Shown here: piece after piece, positions 47,524 to 57,201 of the stretch
Layout of the letters: every line of letters begins with the position of its first letter
Position numbering within the stretch: the first letter of the stretch is position 1
Notes under the pieces: model-generated
Database searches by the model: none
Told to the model about the DNA's origin: nothing
Seen by the model: only the letters and a program-made list of their open reading frames with translations
Assembly: GCA_964448705.1 (NCBI GenBank)
Contig: CAYUZS010000004.1
Span: forward strand, 20,105 to 84,104
Source: an uncultured Gammaproteobacteria bacterium
GTDB lineage: Bacteria > Patescibacteriota > Microgenomatia > UBA12405
DNA length: 64,000 nt
Direction: 5' to 3'
Translations under genes and position numbers: made by a program

Positions 47524-47626
47524 TTGACTTCGTGTTTTCTTCGGTTATTATTATAAATAATAAAGCAAATAAAATAAATATCTCCTTGACCCATCAAGAT
47601 ATTAACAATATACTGACTATATTAAT

Positions 47627-48400
47627 ATGAAATTAAATATTATTTATAATAAATCTTCTGAAAAAATGACTGAAATAGAAGATAAAACTATCCAACTTGT
47701 GGTTACTTCTCCACCATATAACATAGACATCAAATATGGAAACAAATGGAAGGGGAGAAAAATAATTTCGTCTAAAGGTGATAAATATAAAGATAATATT
47801 TCTGAGGAGAACTATAGGAAAATGTTGAAAAAGGTTTTTGAAGAATCAAAGAGAGTTCTTAAAGATAATGGTTCAATCTTTCTGAATATGAAAACCAGAT
47901 ATGATGGAGACCAATTAATACCACCATTTTGGGTATTAGATTATTTTAAAGATATGTTTTTAAAAAATATCATCATTTGGAATTTTGACTGGGGTGGCTC
48001 AACTGAAAAAAGGTTTTCCTCAAGATACGAGTTTGTTTTTTTCTTTACAAAAAACAAAAAAAACTGGACCTTTAATTTGAATGATATTAAAATTCCTAGT
48101 TTAAATTATCGTCCAGACAGATATAAAACCCAACTAAAAAACCCAACTGATGTTTGGAAAATTCCACTAGTTAGTGGTAACTCTCTAGAGAGAACATCAC
48201 ACCCAGCACAATATCCAGAAAAACTAATTGAGAGAATTATTAAAGTATCAACAAACGCAGGTGATATTGTCTTAGATCCCTTTATTGGAAGTGGCACTAC
48301 AGCCGTGGTTGCTAAAAAATTGAAAAGACATTATTTAGGCTATGATACATCTTTAGATTACATTAATATTGCAAAAAATAGATTAAAGAATGAGTTTTAA
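47627..48400 (+). CDS. DNA amino-methyltransferase (N4C/N6A, beta class)
   Basis: Motif IV 'VVTSPPYN' is N-terminal; motif I 'LDPFIGSGTTAVVA' is C-terminal. Confidence 0.8.
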   Translation: MKLNIIYNKSSEKMTEIEDKTIQLVVTSPPYNIDIKYGNKWKGRKIISSKGDKYKDNISEENYRKMLKKVFEESKRVLKDNGSIFLNMKTRYDGDQLIPPFWVLDYFKDMFLKNIIIWNFDWGGSTEKRFSSRYEFVFFFTKNKKNWTFNLNDIKIPSLNYRPDRYKTQLKNPTDVWKIPLVSGNSLERTSHPAQYPEKLIERIIKVSTNAGDIVLDPFIGSGTTAVVAKKLKRHYLGYDTSLDYINIAKNRLKNEF

Positions 48401-48424
48401 TATAAAGTTATATAAATAATTAAT

Positions 48425-49204
48425 ATGCAAAAATATTACTTTGGCGATTGTAGAGATTTGATAAAAAATATTAAAGATAATTCTATAAATTTAGTGGTTA
48501 CATCTCCTCCTTATAATCTTCGTAAAAAATATGGTAAATATAGCGATGATGTAACTATAGAAGAATGGAAAAAATTAATATTTGAGACTACCAAGGAAGT
48601 AGTCAGAGTTTTGGCTCCAAATGGTAGTTTTTTTATAAATATATCCCCCATCCCTCAAAAAAAAACAAAAGAAATTATTCCATTAGACGCCCTTGCTTAT
48701 TCTATTGGGAAAGAGTGTGGATTATATCTTAGAAATTCTATTATATGGACTTTTAATAATATGCAAAATTGTTCAAACAGACTGAGTGGCAGATGGGAAA
48801 GTATTCTTTGGTTTGTTAAAGATATTAATAATTATGTTTTTAATTTAGATAAAGTGAGAGTTCCTTATATAACAAAAGGAGATAAAAGACTTGATCCAAA
48901 TGGAGGTAGAAACCCAACAGATGTTTGGTATTTTGATCGTGTAAATAATATGACTAAGAAAAAATTGGGGATAACGGATGCACCTTGTGTTTATCCAGTA
49001 CCAATGATAGAAAGAATATTAAAAATGTCTACAAAAGAAGGGGATAAAGTGTTAGATCCATTTTTAGGTAGCGGAACTACATTGGTGGCATGTTCTCGAT
49101 TAAAAAGAAATGGAATTGGTTTTGAATTAGATGAAAAATTCAAAACCATTATAGAAAAAAGGCTTAAAACCGAAACTGTTGTTCAATCTAGAATTGATTA
49201 TTAA
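48425..49204 (+). CDS. DNA amino-methyltransferase (N4C/N6A, beta class), second of tandem pair
   Basis: 'VVTSPPYNL' and 'LDPFLGSGTTLVAC'. Confidence 0.8.
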   Translation: MQKYYFGDCRDLIKNIKDNSINLVVTSPPYNLRKKYGKYSDDVTIEEWKKLIFETTKEVVRVLAPNGSFFINISPIPQKKTKEIIPLDALAYSIGKECGLYLRNSIIWTFNNMQNCSNRLSGRWESILWFVKDINNYVFNLDKVRVPYITKGDKRLDPNGGRNPTDVWYFDRVNNMTKKKLGITDAPCVYPVPMIERILKMSTKEGDKVLDPFLGSGTTLVACSRLKRNGIGFELDEKFKTIIEKRLKTETVVQSRIDY

Positions 49205-50310
49205 ATAGCATTAACACGAAAAACGTCATGGTTATGAAAAGATAATTGTGCCCTTGCGTTATAGGTTTCCTTACTAGAATTACCACTTTGGTGCAAAAGA
49301 ATATTATTAAGAATAATTTCCATTTCAGAAACTGAAAATATTGGTGTCGAATATTTTTTATGTAAATTAAGTATTTGAATAATTGTGTCTGGTTTAATTC
49401 GGTGAAGTTTTTTTTCAATATAATCAAAATAGCCGGATTGTGCGGTACCTTTTGTATTTCCGTCTATAGATCTGTTCATTGGTGTTGAATTGTCAACAGA
49501 AATATTTTCTCCGTTGTATATTTTTTTAATAAAATTACTATTTTTAATACCACCACATCCTAAGAAATGTATAAAATCGAGAGATTTAAATGGTATTGAA
49601 TTGTTTAACTGTTTAACTGTTTGTTCAATAGATTTGCCTTCTCTAGTTAATCCACCGACTGCAATTTTATTTGGAATATATTTTAATAAACCAAGAAATT
49701 TTTTAATCTGTTGAGGTGACCATGATCCATTTATTGTTGTTGCTATGTGTCTTTGGTCATTACTTAAAAGTAAATAAAGTTTATTTGCATATATCGCATT
49801 GCGTTCAATTAAAACATCTTGATGTGTACCATTAAAAATACCTGTTTCAGTTTTTTCTGATTGTGTTCTTATTTTGAATGGATTAGGAATGTCAAAAGAA
49901 ACTGCTATATCAATTTTTGATGTTATTATGACTTTTGCATATTTTTCTAAAATTTTTTCACTATCTACAAGATTATTAAACTCATTAATAATCCCTCCTG
50001 GATCAGATGTTTTGTTATGTACTATGTAGTTTACTATTTTAGAAGTTCCAGAATCCAAAAATAATTTTGTCTCTGATAAAACAGAATCATCAGAAACATT
50101 ATTTGCTAGCCATGATCTCATATTAGTTGTGTTTGACCATATTGATGTTTTAATTAAACTATTGATTGATGCGTGATTAAAAAATAAATCCCCAAATTTT
50201 AGTAAAACTTTATTTTTTAAGACCATTGGCATTTTGTTTTTCCAAATTCTTTTTACCCCATTCCAATCCCCGGCTCCACCACCAGCACTGTAAATATAAT
50301 AATAATTCAT
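49201..50310 (-). CDS. TGT-fold protein (queuine/archaeosine tRNA-ribosyltransferase / DpdA-like base-exchange enzyme) lacking the C-terminal zinc cluster
   Basis: 'LFLDSGTS' matches the TGT 'LTDSGGFQ' Asp block; 'IAVGGLTREG' matches 'YAVGGLAVGE'; 'HFLGCGG' matches 'LMGVGKP'. The two latter motifs are 32 residues apart here versus 33 in E. coli Tgt. No CxCxxC...H motif. Confidence 0.5.
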   Translation of the reverse strand: MNYYYIYSAGGGAGDWNGVKRIWKNKMPMVLKNKVLLKFGDLFFNHASINSLIKTSIWSNTTNMRSWLANNVSDDSVLSETKLFLDSGTSKIVNYIVHNKTSDPGGIINEFNNLVDSEKILEKYAKVIITSKIDIAVSFDIPNPFKIRTQSEKTETGIFNGTHQDVLIERNAIYANKLYLLLSNDQRHIATTINGSWSPQQIKKFLGLLKYIPNKIAVGGLTREGKSIEQTVKQLNNSIPFKSLDFIHFLGCGGIKNSNFIKKIYNGENISVDNSTPMNRSIDGNTKGTAQSGYFDYIEKKLHRIKPDTIIQILNLHKKYSTPIFSVSEMEIILNNILLHQSGNSSKETYNARAQLSFHNHDVFRVNAI

Positions 50311-51104
50311 GATTTTAATTTATTTATTAATTCTTCAAAATTACCCATTTCGTGCAATGGTGGATAGAATTTTTCTGAATAACCAACCTTTGCAATTATT
50401 TTATAATTAGACATTTTAAAATCTCCATCTCTTTTTTTTCTTATAAATTCAATTGGATTATTATTTAAATAATCTGATATTTGCTCATTAGTATTAAAAA
50501 ATATCCCTTTTAGGTCAGGGAAATCGACCCAATGAACATAATAGACAGGTCTTTCTAATTCTGCATCTATTTCTATAAGCTGTTTTTTTATTTTTTCTGT
50601 ATCTAGTGTAATAGATCCTTCATAAGGTTCTCTATTTAAAAGTTTCCAAGATAGCATAAATGGAGCATTATGATATTTTAATTCTATATAAGCTTTTATA
50701 TTTCTCGTTTTGTCTAAAACTTGTATATCTGGTAACCTTCTGTTTTTAATATCAGCTCTCATCGCAAATATTTTTTTTGAATTTAGATAATCAATGAAGG
50801 ATTCTTCAAATTGTTTTCCTAATTGAACATCTAGACCTTTTATGGATTTGTTTCGTGGAGTCAAATAAAATTTTCTCGCTCTTTTATATAAATCTTCTAG
50901 GTCTGGAACCTCTTTATACAATTGAGGTGTATTTTTTATTAAAGATCTATCAGCAATATCTTCGTACATTTTTTTATAACATAGCTGATTAATATCTTCG
51001 AATTTTAGTTGATTTTCAAAAACAGGAACATTTTTTAAATATTCGATTTTAATTTTTTCAGTAAACTTAAGTAATTCTCTGTAACTATCTATGCTTTTAT
51101 CCAT
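50307..51104 (-). CDS. PD-(D/E)xK-fold nuclease; putative restriction endonuclease
   Basis: 'RLPDIQVLD...IKAYIELKYH' gives a PD...ExK arrangement. Convergent with the two MTases; 4-nt overlap with the TGT-like gene. Confidence 0.45.
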   Translation of the reverse strand: MDKSIDSYRELLKFTEKIKIEYLKNVPVFENQLKFEDINQLCYKKMYEDIADRSLIKNTPQLYKEVPDLEDLYKRARKFYLTPRNKSIKGLDVQLGKQFEESFIDYLNSKKIFAMRADIKNRRLPDIQVLDKTRNIKAYIELKYHNAPFMLSWKLLNREPYEGSITLDTEKIKKQLIEIDAELERPVYYVHWVDFPDLKGIFFNTNEQISDYLNNNPIEFIRKKRDGDFKMSNYKIIAKVGYSEKFYPPLHEMGNFEELINKLKS

Positions 51105-51289
51105 AATACTAACTTCTTTAATTAGAATAAATTAGGCAATTATACCTCTCTTAAGATCAAAAAATGTTTTTTTAAAAGTAAACTATCAATTTATTTATTA
51201 CCTAAGTACGTGAGTTTGGAACAAATCAAAATTAATTTATGGAGTATTACCGCATATATTACATGAAAAGATACGGAAAAAATGAAATT

Positions 51290-51341
51290 TAGCGGCGTAC
51301 CATTGATTTATTGTGAGTTCATCGAACTACCCAGTTAGAAA
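51290..51341 (+). repeat. repeat family C, copy 2
   Basis: TAGCGGCGTACCATTGATTTATTGTGAGTTCATCGAACTACCCAGTTAGAAAC. Confidence 0.7.
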
Positions 51342-51373
51342 CTGTTTTATGACTTTAAACTATAATTTACTTA

Positions 51374-51754
51374 ATGAGCATTTCGAAAAAAGTTTTTGAA
51401 TTAGCTAAATCACCAATTGGTGATTTAATTGTTGGTTTAGCTTTTGGAAAATTTAGCAAATTATTGCCTGTCGCCAGAATTAAAGAAACCGACAAAGTTA
51501 TCGCTTTTTGGCACCCCAAACCTTTTTGGGAAAAGCATATTGTCTTAGTTCCAAAAAAAGCTATTAAATCTATAGCTGCTTTAACCAAAGAAGACAGTGA
51601 TTTTATCGGTGAAATTTATTTAATAGCTAAAGAAATTGTTGAAGATTTGGGCTGGGAAAATAATGGCTACACTATTTTAGTCAACGGTGGTGAACGCCAG
51701 GAAATTGGTCAAATCCATTTTCACTTACAGTCAGGAAAACAGCTGAAACAATAG
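51374..51754 (+). CDS. HIT-family (histidine triad) nucleotide hydrolase
   Basis: 'GGERQEIGQIHFHLQSG' is the HxHxHxx triad. Confidence 0.75.
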   Translation: MSISKKVFELAKSPIGDLIVGLAFGKFSKLLPVARIKETDKVIAFWHPKPFWEKHIVLVPKKAIKSIAALTKEDSDFIGEIYLIAKEIVEDLGWENNGYTILVNGGERQEIGQIHFHLQSGKQLKQ

Positions 51755-51764
51755 ACAATAATTA

Positions 51765-51803
51765 ATTGTCACGACAACGAGCGAAGCAGGCAAGTCTGGA
51801 ACC
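51765..51803 (+). repeat. repeat family A, copy 2 (ATTGTCACGACAACGAGCGAAGCAGGCAAGTCTGGAACC)
   Basis: See copy 1. Confidence 0.7.
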
Positions 51804-52339
51804 TAGTAATTTTTTCCTTTACTACTATGATTTTTTTGACTTTCAAAATACGCTTGGCTAATTGATAAAGCAACTGTCATTTCGTTTGACCTAGGTTTAA
51901 TTTGGTTCCAATCAACCTTTATTACTGGATTAAATCCAGCTAAGTATTTTATTGCCCCAGTTTGGCTTTGGTCATGAGGATTTTCGTAAAAAATCCAAAA
52001 ACCAAAATCTTTCGACAGTTCATCTCCATAATAACCTGATGTAAGGTTTGTTCCACACTCTAAAAATTTATTACCATTCACATTAAGTCTCTTTATTTCA
52101 ATATATATAGTTTCTTTGCCCGGTGAATCGGATTCAATCCTTCCCAATTCTATATACCCTCCATTAGCCAAAGGAATTATCATCGACTTTGTCCCGTCAA
52201 TCTCTCTACCATCATTATCAATTGTTACCGGAAGCAAGGCTCTTTCTTTCCAAATACCACTAGCAACCATATAAGCTCTACTCTGAGTAGATCTTTTGAC
52301 TGGATCAAGATCAACTATATTGGTATTATTTTCTTTCAT
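51803..52339 (-). CDS. hypothetical protein
   Basis: ORF only; bounded by repeat A2 and the short C repeat. Confidence 0.3.
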   Translation of the reverse strand: MKENNTNIVDLDPVKRSTQSRAYMVASGIWKERALLPVTIDNDGREIDGTKSMIIPLANGGYIELGRIESDSPGKETIYIEIKRLNVNGNKFLECGTNLTSGYYGDELSKDFGFWIFYENPHDQSQTGAIKYLAGFNPVIKVDWNQIKPRSNEMTVALSISQAYFESQKNHSSKGKNY

Positions 52340-52340
52340 T

Positions 52341-52372
52341 TTGGCGGCGAACCATTGACGCAGTTAGAACCT
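52341..52372 (+). repeat. repeat family C, short form (TTGGCGGCGAACCATTGACGCAGTTAGAACC)
   Basis: Equals the long C form with the central 'TTTGTAGTGAGTTCATCAAACTAT' removed. Confidence 0.6.
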
Positions 52373-52375
52373 ATC

Positions 52376-52702
52376 TTATTCAACATCAATTAATTTCACA
52401 AAATCAATTTCAGGTTCCTCATATGGGTGAATTGCTTTGATTGTTTCTTTTACTGCTTTAGATCTTTCTTCAGGACAGATCATTTCAATTCTAACTTCTG
52501 GCTCATGAGAAAATTCTCCAACTTTTCCAATAGTCGGATTTGAGCCTTCTTCTGATTTCCAATTACCAATCCCTTTAGTAAAAAAACATGTGTGAGTGTA
52601 ATTTCCCAAAACACCAGCCCCAGCATCTGCAGCCGCATTTATGATTGAAAAAATTATTTTTTCATCATCTGGGCAAAAGACAAAAAGTTTATACACAATC
52701 AA
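52376..52702 (-). CDS. small ferredoxin-like-fold protein, possibly CutA-like
   Basis: C-terminal 'HPYEEPEIDFVKL' resembles the CutA 'HPYEVPEI' motif; weak. Confidence 0.3.
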   Translation of the reverse strand: MIVYKLFVFCPDDEKIIFSIINAAADAGAGVLGNYTHTCFFTKGIGNWKSEEGSNPTIGKVGEFSHEPEVRIEMICPEERSKAVKETIKAIHPYEEPEIDFVKLIDVE

Positions 52703-52746
52703 TTATAACAACAAAAAACATCAGTAGAATAGGGTAATTATATCTT

Positions 52747-52860
52747 GGCGGAGCAGGTGGGTCTGGAACCTTTCTATCCTTATAACTCTGTTCCCAAACC
52801 TCTGTCTTATTCTACCCCTTCTCTGAAGCTAAATGAGACAAATGAGACAGTATAAAAAAG
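52747..52860 (+). repeat. repeat family B, copy 2 (114 nt)
   Basis: GGCGGAGCAGGTGGGTCTGGAACCTTTCTATCC...GAAGCTAAATGAGACAAATGAGACAGTATAAAAAAG. About 95% identical to B3 apart from a 12-14 nt insertion. Confidence 0.75.
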
Positions 52861-52954
52861 GGAATGGTCGATTTTAACAGGTTCTCGATTTGTAAGCCTA
52901 TAAGATGTATAATTGTTACCGATATTGTGGTAAATCACATGAAATAAAAAAATA

Positions 52955-54085
52955 ATGAGTAATGAAAGACAGTTTACTAGGATCAAACAAGAAACTTGGA
53001 GTATGGCTTCAGGAATACAAACGCGTAGTCAAGTGGTTTCTGAAATTTTTCCTGCAGGAATGGATGCTAAACAAGATCAAAACATAAGATTCTTTAGAAG
53101 TTTAGCAGGCAGCGAAACAGACATATTTCTAAAACTTTTCACTGGAAGCAAATGGCAAGCGGACGCTGAGGTGGTAAACACCAGAGTCTTAACATCCGCA
53201 AAAGTAGAAGGGGTTGTTCCGATACTAGATAGTGAATCAACGGGAAACAATTCGTTAATCATTTACCCATATGTAGAAGGAAAGTCTTTTCATTCAGATG
53301 TCAGGTCTCCATCATATACTTCAAGAGTTATAGAAAGTACGAGTAATGTCTTGAGAAGATCGATAGCTTTGGAAGGTTTTAAAATCTTTAGAATTCCAGA
53401 AACTTTTTTAAAACAATATCCATTTCCAGAGACAGTATTTGCTGAACCTATATTCAAGCAGATTAACCAAGCTTATAGCCCTTTTTGGAAGTTGCGACAA
53501 ACAATCTGTACTCAAAACCCAGGTCTCTCGATGGATAGAACACCTCGAAATGTATTAATAACAAATAGGGGTGAAATCAATCAAATTGATTTCGAGCTGG
53601 TTTATCCCGATTCACCATTATTCGATCTATCAAAACTGCTTAGAAATGGTCCGGAATCTGGAGTGGCGAATGGAATAACAATTTTAGATGCAATAAAGTC
53701 CCCAGAATTAATTTTTGGAAAGTCAAATCCTTTTTCAAAAAGTGAAGAAAGTAAATTAGTTGATCAATTTATCAAAACCACATTACCGGGACAGGATAAA
53801 TCAAAGGCCGTACAAAATTACTGGCAAGTTTCTGCTCATACGCACATTTTTTACATTTCTAAATATTTGAGAAGATATAAAGAAGTTGCCGATATTGATG
53901 TAAAAGAGAATGCTTATAGAAGACTTGTATTTCATTTTGCTGGATTATTTTCCCTTAAAGATAAATTAATGGAACCGTATTTAGGCAACAAAACACCAAA
54001 TGTTGAAACTTTAACAGGAGGAGTCGAGAAAAAAGATGTTATAAGATTATTTGATTTATATAAAACATTAGCCCAACAAATATAA
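52955..54085 (+). CDS. protein-kinase-like-fold phosphotransferase (APH/choline-kinase-like)
   Basis: 'MDRTPRNVLITNRGEINQIDFELV' corresponds to the catalytic-loop Asp and Asn plus the IDFE block of APH/ChoK enzymes. Confidence 0.5.
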   Translation: MSNERQFTRIKQETWSMASGIQTRSQVVSEIFPAGMDAKQDQNIRFFRSLAGSETDIFLKLFTGSKWQADAEVVNTRVLTSAKVEGVVPILDSESTGNNSLIIYPYVEGKSFHSDVRSPSYTSRVIESTSNVLRRSIALEGFKIFRIPETFLKQYPFPETVFAEPIFKQINQAYSPFWKLRQTICTQNPGLSMDRTPRNVLITNRGEINQIDFELVYPDSPLFDLSKLLRNGPESGVANGITILDAIKSPELIFGKSNPFSKSEESKLVDQFIKTTLPGQDKSKAVQNYWQVSAHTHIFYISKYLRRYKEVADIDVKENAYRRLVFHFAGLFSLKDKLMEPYLGNKTPNVETLTGGVEKKDVIRLFDLYKTLAQQI

Positions 54086-54089
54086 TAAT

Positions 54090-55301
54090 ATGAAAAATAA
54101 GTGCGATATTTTTATCGTAATACCCTTCTTTAATGAACAAGCCAGACTTCCAGAAATTTTAGACAGTATCCTTGAATCCGCCAAAGATAAGTTTAAGGTT
54201 CATGTAGTCCTCGTAAATCACCAAAGTACAGACAATTCTGTTGAAATAGCCAAGCGCTATTCAAGTAATTTTTTTAAGTTCCAGATAATTGAGGAGACTA
54301 TTCCTATTCCTTGTGGTGGTCAGCCAAGAAATACCGGATTGAAAGAAGCTATAAAACAAGCAGAAGAGTTTTACGACGATAATTCCATTCCCATTGCTAC
54401 CCTCGACGCCGATGTCATTGTTTCTATAAATTTCATTCCAGAAATTATTGAAAAATTAAATACTGGTTTTGACATAGTTTCTTTTAGTGAAAGATACAAT
54501 CCAAAAGAACTGGTTGATTTTGTTGATAGTCAATTACAAAAGGACCTAAGCATCAGATACTTTATTGGTTTGAATTGGATTAGGTACCAAGTATTATGGG
54601 GATTAATTGATGCTGGTGTAAAAGAAACCCGTGGACCTGGTGGTTACGCCATGAGAGCAAGTACCCTAAAAGATTTAGGTCACAAGCAACCATTTGATGC
54701 TAATGGACAACCTGTCACTGGAGAAAACAATCGTCTTGGAATAATTGCTAACAGAAAAAAGCTAAAAGTATATTGCAGTAATTATTACTCCCAAGTCCAT
54801 CCTCGCCGAGAAATTGTTTCCTGCACTAATATCACTCAAAAAGGTTATTCAAAGAACAAAGACAATGCAGAAGTATTTAAACTCGCCCGGGAAGTTGAAA
54901 GCTATCCGATTCTATCTGAAGAGCAATTAAGCAATTATTTAATAAACGGAATCAAGCGGACTATAAGGATGGTCTTAATAAGAGCCGTCGCCTACGATAA
55001 ATTAGATGATATTAACCACTGGTTTACTCATCCAATTTGGCATCAACTCATTGCTCAATCAAAAGAATTTGTAAAACAAAACCACCCCACTGAAGAGACC
55101 TTGGAGGTCATCGGGAATGGGTTTTATAACGACTTGTTCAGTTCCGTGGTTTCACAAATTGGAGACAGTGAGTTTGAAGGCTTTGTTGATTTCATTATCC
55201 ATAAAATTCCCAATAACCAAGTACTTATTAATTGGATTAAAGACAATTCACTAATAATTGATCCAGATCCAGAATTTATTAACAATGAAAAAAGAAATTG
55301 A
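54090..55301 (+). CDS. glycosyltransferase family 2 (GT-A)
   Basis: 'IFIVIPFFNEQARL', 'VVLVNHQSTDNS', DxD 'TLDADVIVS'. Confidence 0.7.
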   Translation: MKNKCDIFIVIPFFNEQARLPEILDSILESAKDKFKVHVVLVNHQSTDNSVEIAKRYSSNFFKFQIIEETIPIPCGGQPRNTGLKEAIKQAEEFYDDNSIPIATLDADVIVSINFIPEIIEKLNTGFDIVSFSERYNPKELVDFVDSQLQKDLSIRYFIGLNWIRYQVLWGLIDAGVKETRGPGGYAMRASTLKDLGHKQPFDANGQPVTGENNRLGIIANRKKLKVYCSNYYSQVHPRREIVSCTNITQKGYSKNKDNAEVFKLAREVESYPILSEEQLSNYLINGIKRTIRMVLIRAVAYDKLDDINHWFTHPIWHQLIAQSKEFVKQNHPTEETLEVIGNGFYNDLFSSVVSQIGDSEFEGFVDFIIHKIPNNQVLINWIKDNSLIIDPDPEFINNEKRN

Positions 55302-56271
55302 AAAATATATAGTTGATCCCGAAGCTTATTACCGAGATTTATATATAAATCTTGGAATCAGAGACAAGGCTGATCAATTAATTCAGTCACTCGGTTCAAT
55401 GGCAGAACCAATTAGGTATACCCATGATTTGTGGTATTCCAAAACGAAACCTGTTTTACCTGCAATTATGGCTCTAGAAGCTGGGGTTCCTCAAGATAAG
55501 GTCGCCAAAGTAGGTGCAGTAGTTGATGTCTTATGGACTTTGTCTGTAGTTGTTGATGATATTCAAGATAAAGATGAAACTCGAAGATCAAAACCTGCTG
55601 CTTGGCGAGTCTATGGTGCTGATAACACCTACCATTCCGCAGAAGCTGGTTTAGCTGCCACGGTCAAGTATTTATCAAAAGAAATTGGACCATATGCAGG
55701 GCAATCTTGTGTAGACAGTGTCAATCTAGGTATGGCATCAATTAAAAAGCATCAAGCCTTTGACTTGGCTGTCAGACCTAGTACATTGCATCAAAATTAT
55801 TGGGAACGCGACGCCTTTTTTTCATCCCTGCCAATTGAAGTATTGCTACCTGATCCAAAAGACCCTCGAAGAATTGCCTCCCTTGCATGCCTGGAGAATT
55901 ACTATATTGGCGGGCAATTAGGTAATGATATTCAAGATCTTACTAGACCTGAACCTAATGGATTATTACGGCTCAGCGATATCAAAAACGGTTTAGTAAC
56001 CATACCGATACAAAAGCTATGGAGTCAACTAGATGAGAGCGAAAAACAAACTTTTGAGAAAGTCTTTGGTCGAAAGGAGCTTGATGATTCTGGATATAGA
56101 GCAATTAAGTTAATGGTTGAAAAGTATAATCTAGCAGAACAAATTGTTATGGATATATCTGAAAGTTATAATAAAGCCATAAATCAGGCTGCTGGGGCAA
56201 TGAATCCTGATGATCAGCAAGTGTTCAAGTCACTTTGTGAAAGCCAAAAAGCAAAGTTCTTAGCAAGATAA
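55258..56271 (+). CDS. class I isoprenoid synthase-fold protein (terpene synthase / polyprenyl synthetase-like)
   Basis: First Asp-rich motif 'VVDDIQDKDETRR' (DDxxD...RR). Second motif degenerate to 'NDIQDL', closer to terpene-synthase NSE/DTE than to prenyltransferase DDxxD. Likely start at Met 55285. Confidence 0.45.
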   Translation: MIQIQNLLTMKKEIEKYIVDPEAYYRDLYINLGIRDKADQLIQSLGSMAEPIRYTHDLWYSKTKPVLPAIMALEAGVPQDKVAKVGAVVDVLWTLSVVVDDIQDKDETRRSKPAAWRVYGADNTYHSAEAGLAATVKYLSKEIGPYAGQSCVDSVNLGMASIKKHQAFDLAVRPSTLHQNYWERDAFFSSLPIEVLLPDPKDPRRIASLACLENYYIGGQLGNDIQDLTRPEPNGLLRLSDIKNGLVTIPIQKLWSQLDESEKQTFEKVFGRKELDDSGYRAIKLMVEKYNLAEQIVMDISESYNKAINQAAGAMNPDDQQVFKSLCESQKAKFLAR

Positions 56272-57147
56272 CTAAAGCCAAATTTCATGGATTCCTTCAA
56301 GTTTCCCCAATCTTCCATGGGAAACTGAAGCTTTTGATCTAACATATCCGGTTTGGGTACCATCGGGGAGCAACGCAAGTTTCTTCTCACTCAAAATTCC
56401 AGTCAGATGTACTGATGAATCAATATCTAAGTTAGTCAAGTCAAATCTAGTTGGAAATGTTGTTCCCATCTTCTCTGATCTAGAAAACTCAGAAGTGGCA
56501 AATCGTCTTACATGATCAGCCTTGATTAATCTATCTTTCTCCCATAATAGAATATGCGATTCTGTTTGTGAAAAACCATATACCATTGTCAATTCTTCGC
56601 TAAACAATCTTCCAAATTGCCAACCTCTTAAAAAGTAGGGTAATATCTCTCGATTATTCATTTTGTCCGCAGGATCTTCATAGATAAACCAATTATGATC
56701 ATGATATCCTCTCCCAGAAAAATCCAAACTAACTCCGTCTTTTATAAGTTGCCCGCTAACTCGTGCACGGGGAATCTCTATTTGCCACCTCATGTTACCT
56801 TGGTTAATTGTAACCAGTTGAGGTTTGATTTCCGGGGTAAATTGTAGCTGACAGTTTACGTCGGAAGTGTTCAATCTCAAGTTTACTCCTGATGTATCAG
56901 CCCTTAATTCCTGACCAGAAATTACAATATTTCCTTCTTTTAGGTCAGCCACACCCTGTTGGTGAATTGACGACTCTACTCCATCGGGTGAGTTAATATA
57001 AGTTGAAACTGTTGAAGGATTTATGCCAATTCTTGGGTAAAATATACTTATTATCTTCCATCCATTCTGATCTTGAGCATCCACATATTTCCACTCTGTG
57101 TGAGCAATTGGGTGAAGGGAGGAATCTTTGTTAATCTCGTAATTCAT
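56272..57147 (-). CDS. CrtC/AttH-like (hydroxyneurosporene synthase family) putative hydratase/hydrolase
   Basis: 'FSGRGYHDHNWF' resembles the recalled AttH/CrtC family block 'G.GY.DH.WG'; beta-rich, 291 aa. Confidence 0.4.
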   Translation of the reverse strand: MNYEINKDSSLHPIAHTEWKYVDAQDQNGWKIISIFYPRIGINPSTVSTYINSPDGVESSIHQQGVADLKEGNIVISGQELRADTSGVNLRLNTSDVNCQLQFTPEIKPQLVTINQGNMRWQIEIPRARVSGQLIKDGVSLDFSGRGYHDHNWFIYEDPADKMNNREILPYFLRGWQFGRLFSEELTMVYGFSQTESHILLWEKDRLIKADHVRRFATSEFSRSEKMGTTFPTRFDLTNLDIDSSVHLTGILSEKKLALLPDGTQTGYVRSKASVSHGRLGKLEGIHEIWL

Positions 57148-57201
57148 AGGTGTTTATAAATTGTGTGCAATTATACGATATTTCGCGCTATAATTCATAC
57201 T

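Noticed and set aside
49201-50310. Calling the TGT-fold protein the housekeeping tRNA-guanine transglycosylase (tgt).
   Set aside because: It lacks the Zn-binding CxCxxC...H module. It is also embedded in an RM-like cassette inside a mobile island and overlaps a PD-ExK nuclease gene. A DNA-directed or accessory role seems more likely, though it is unproven.
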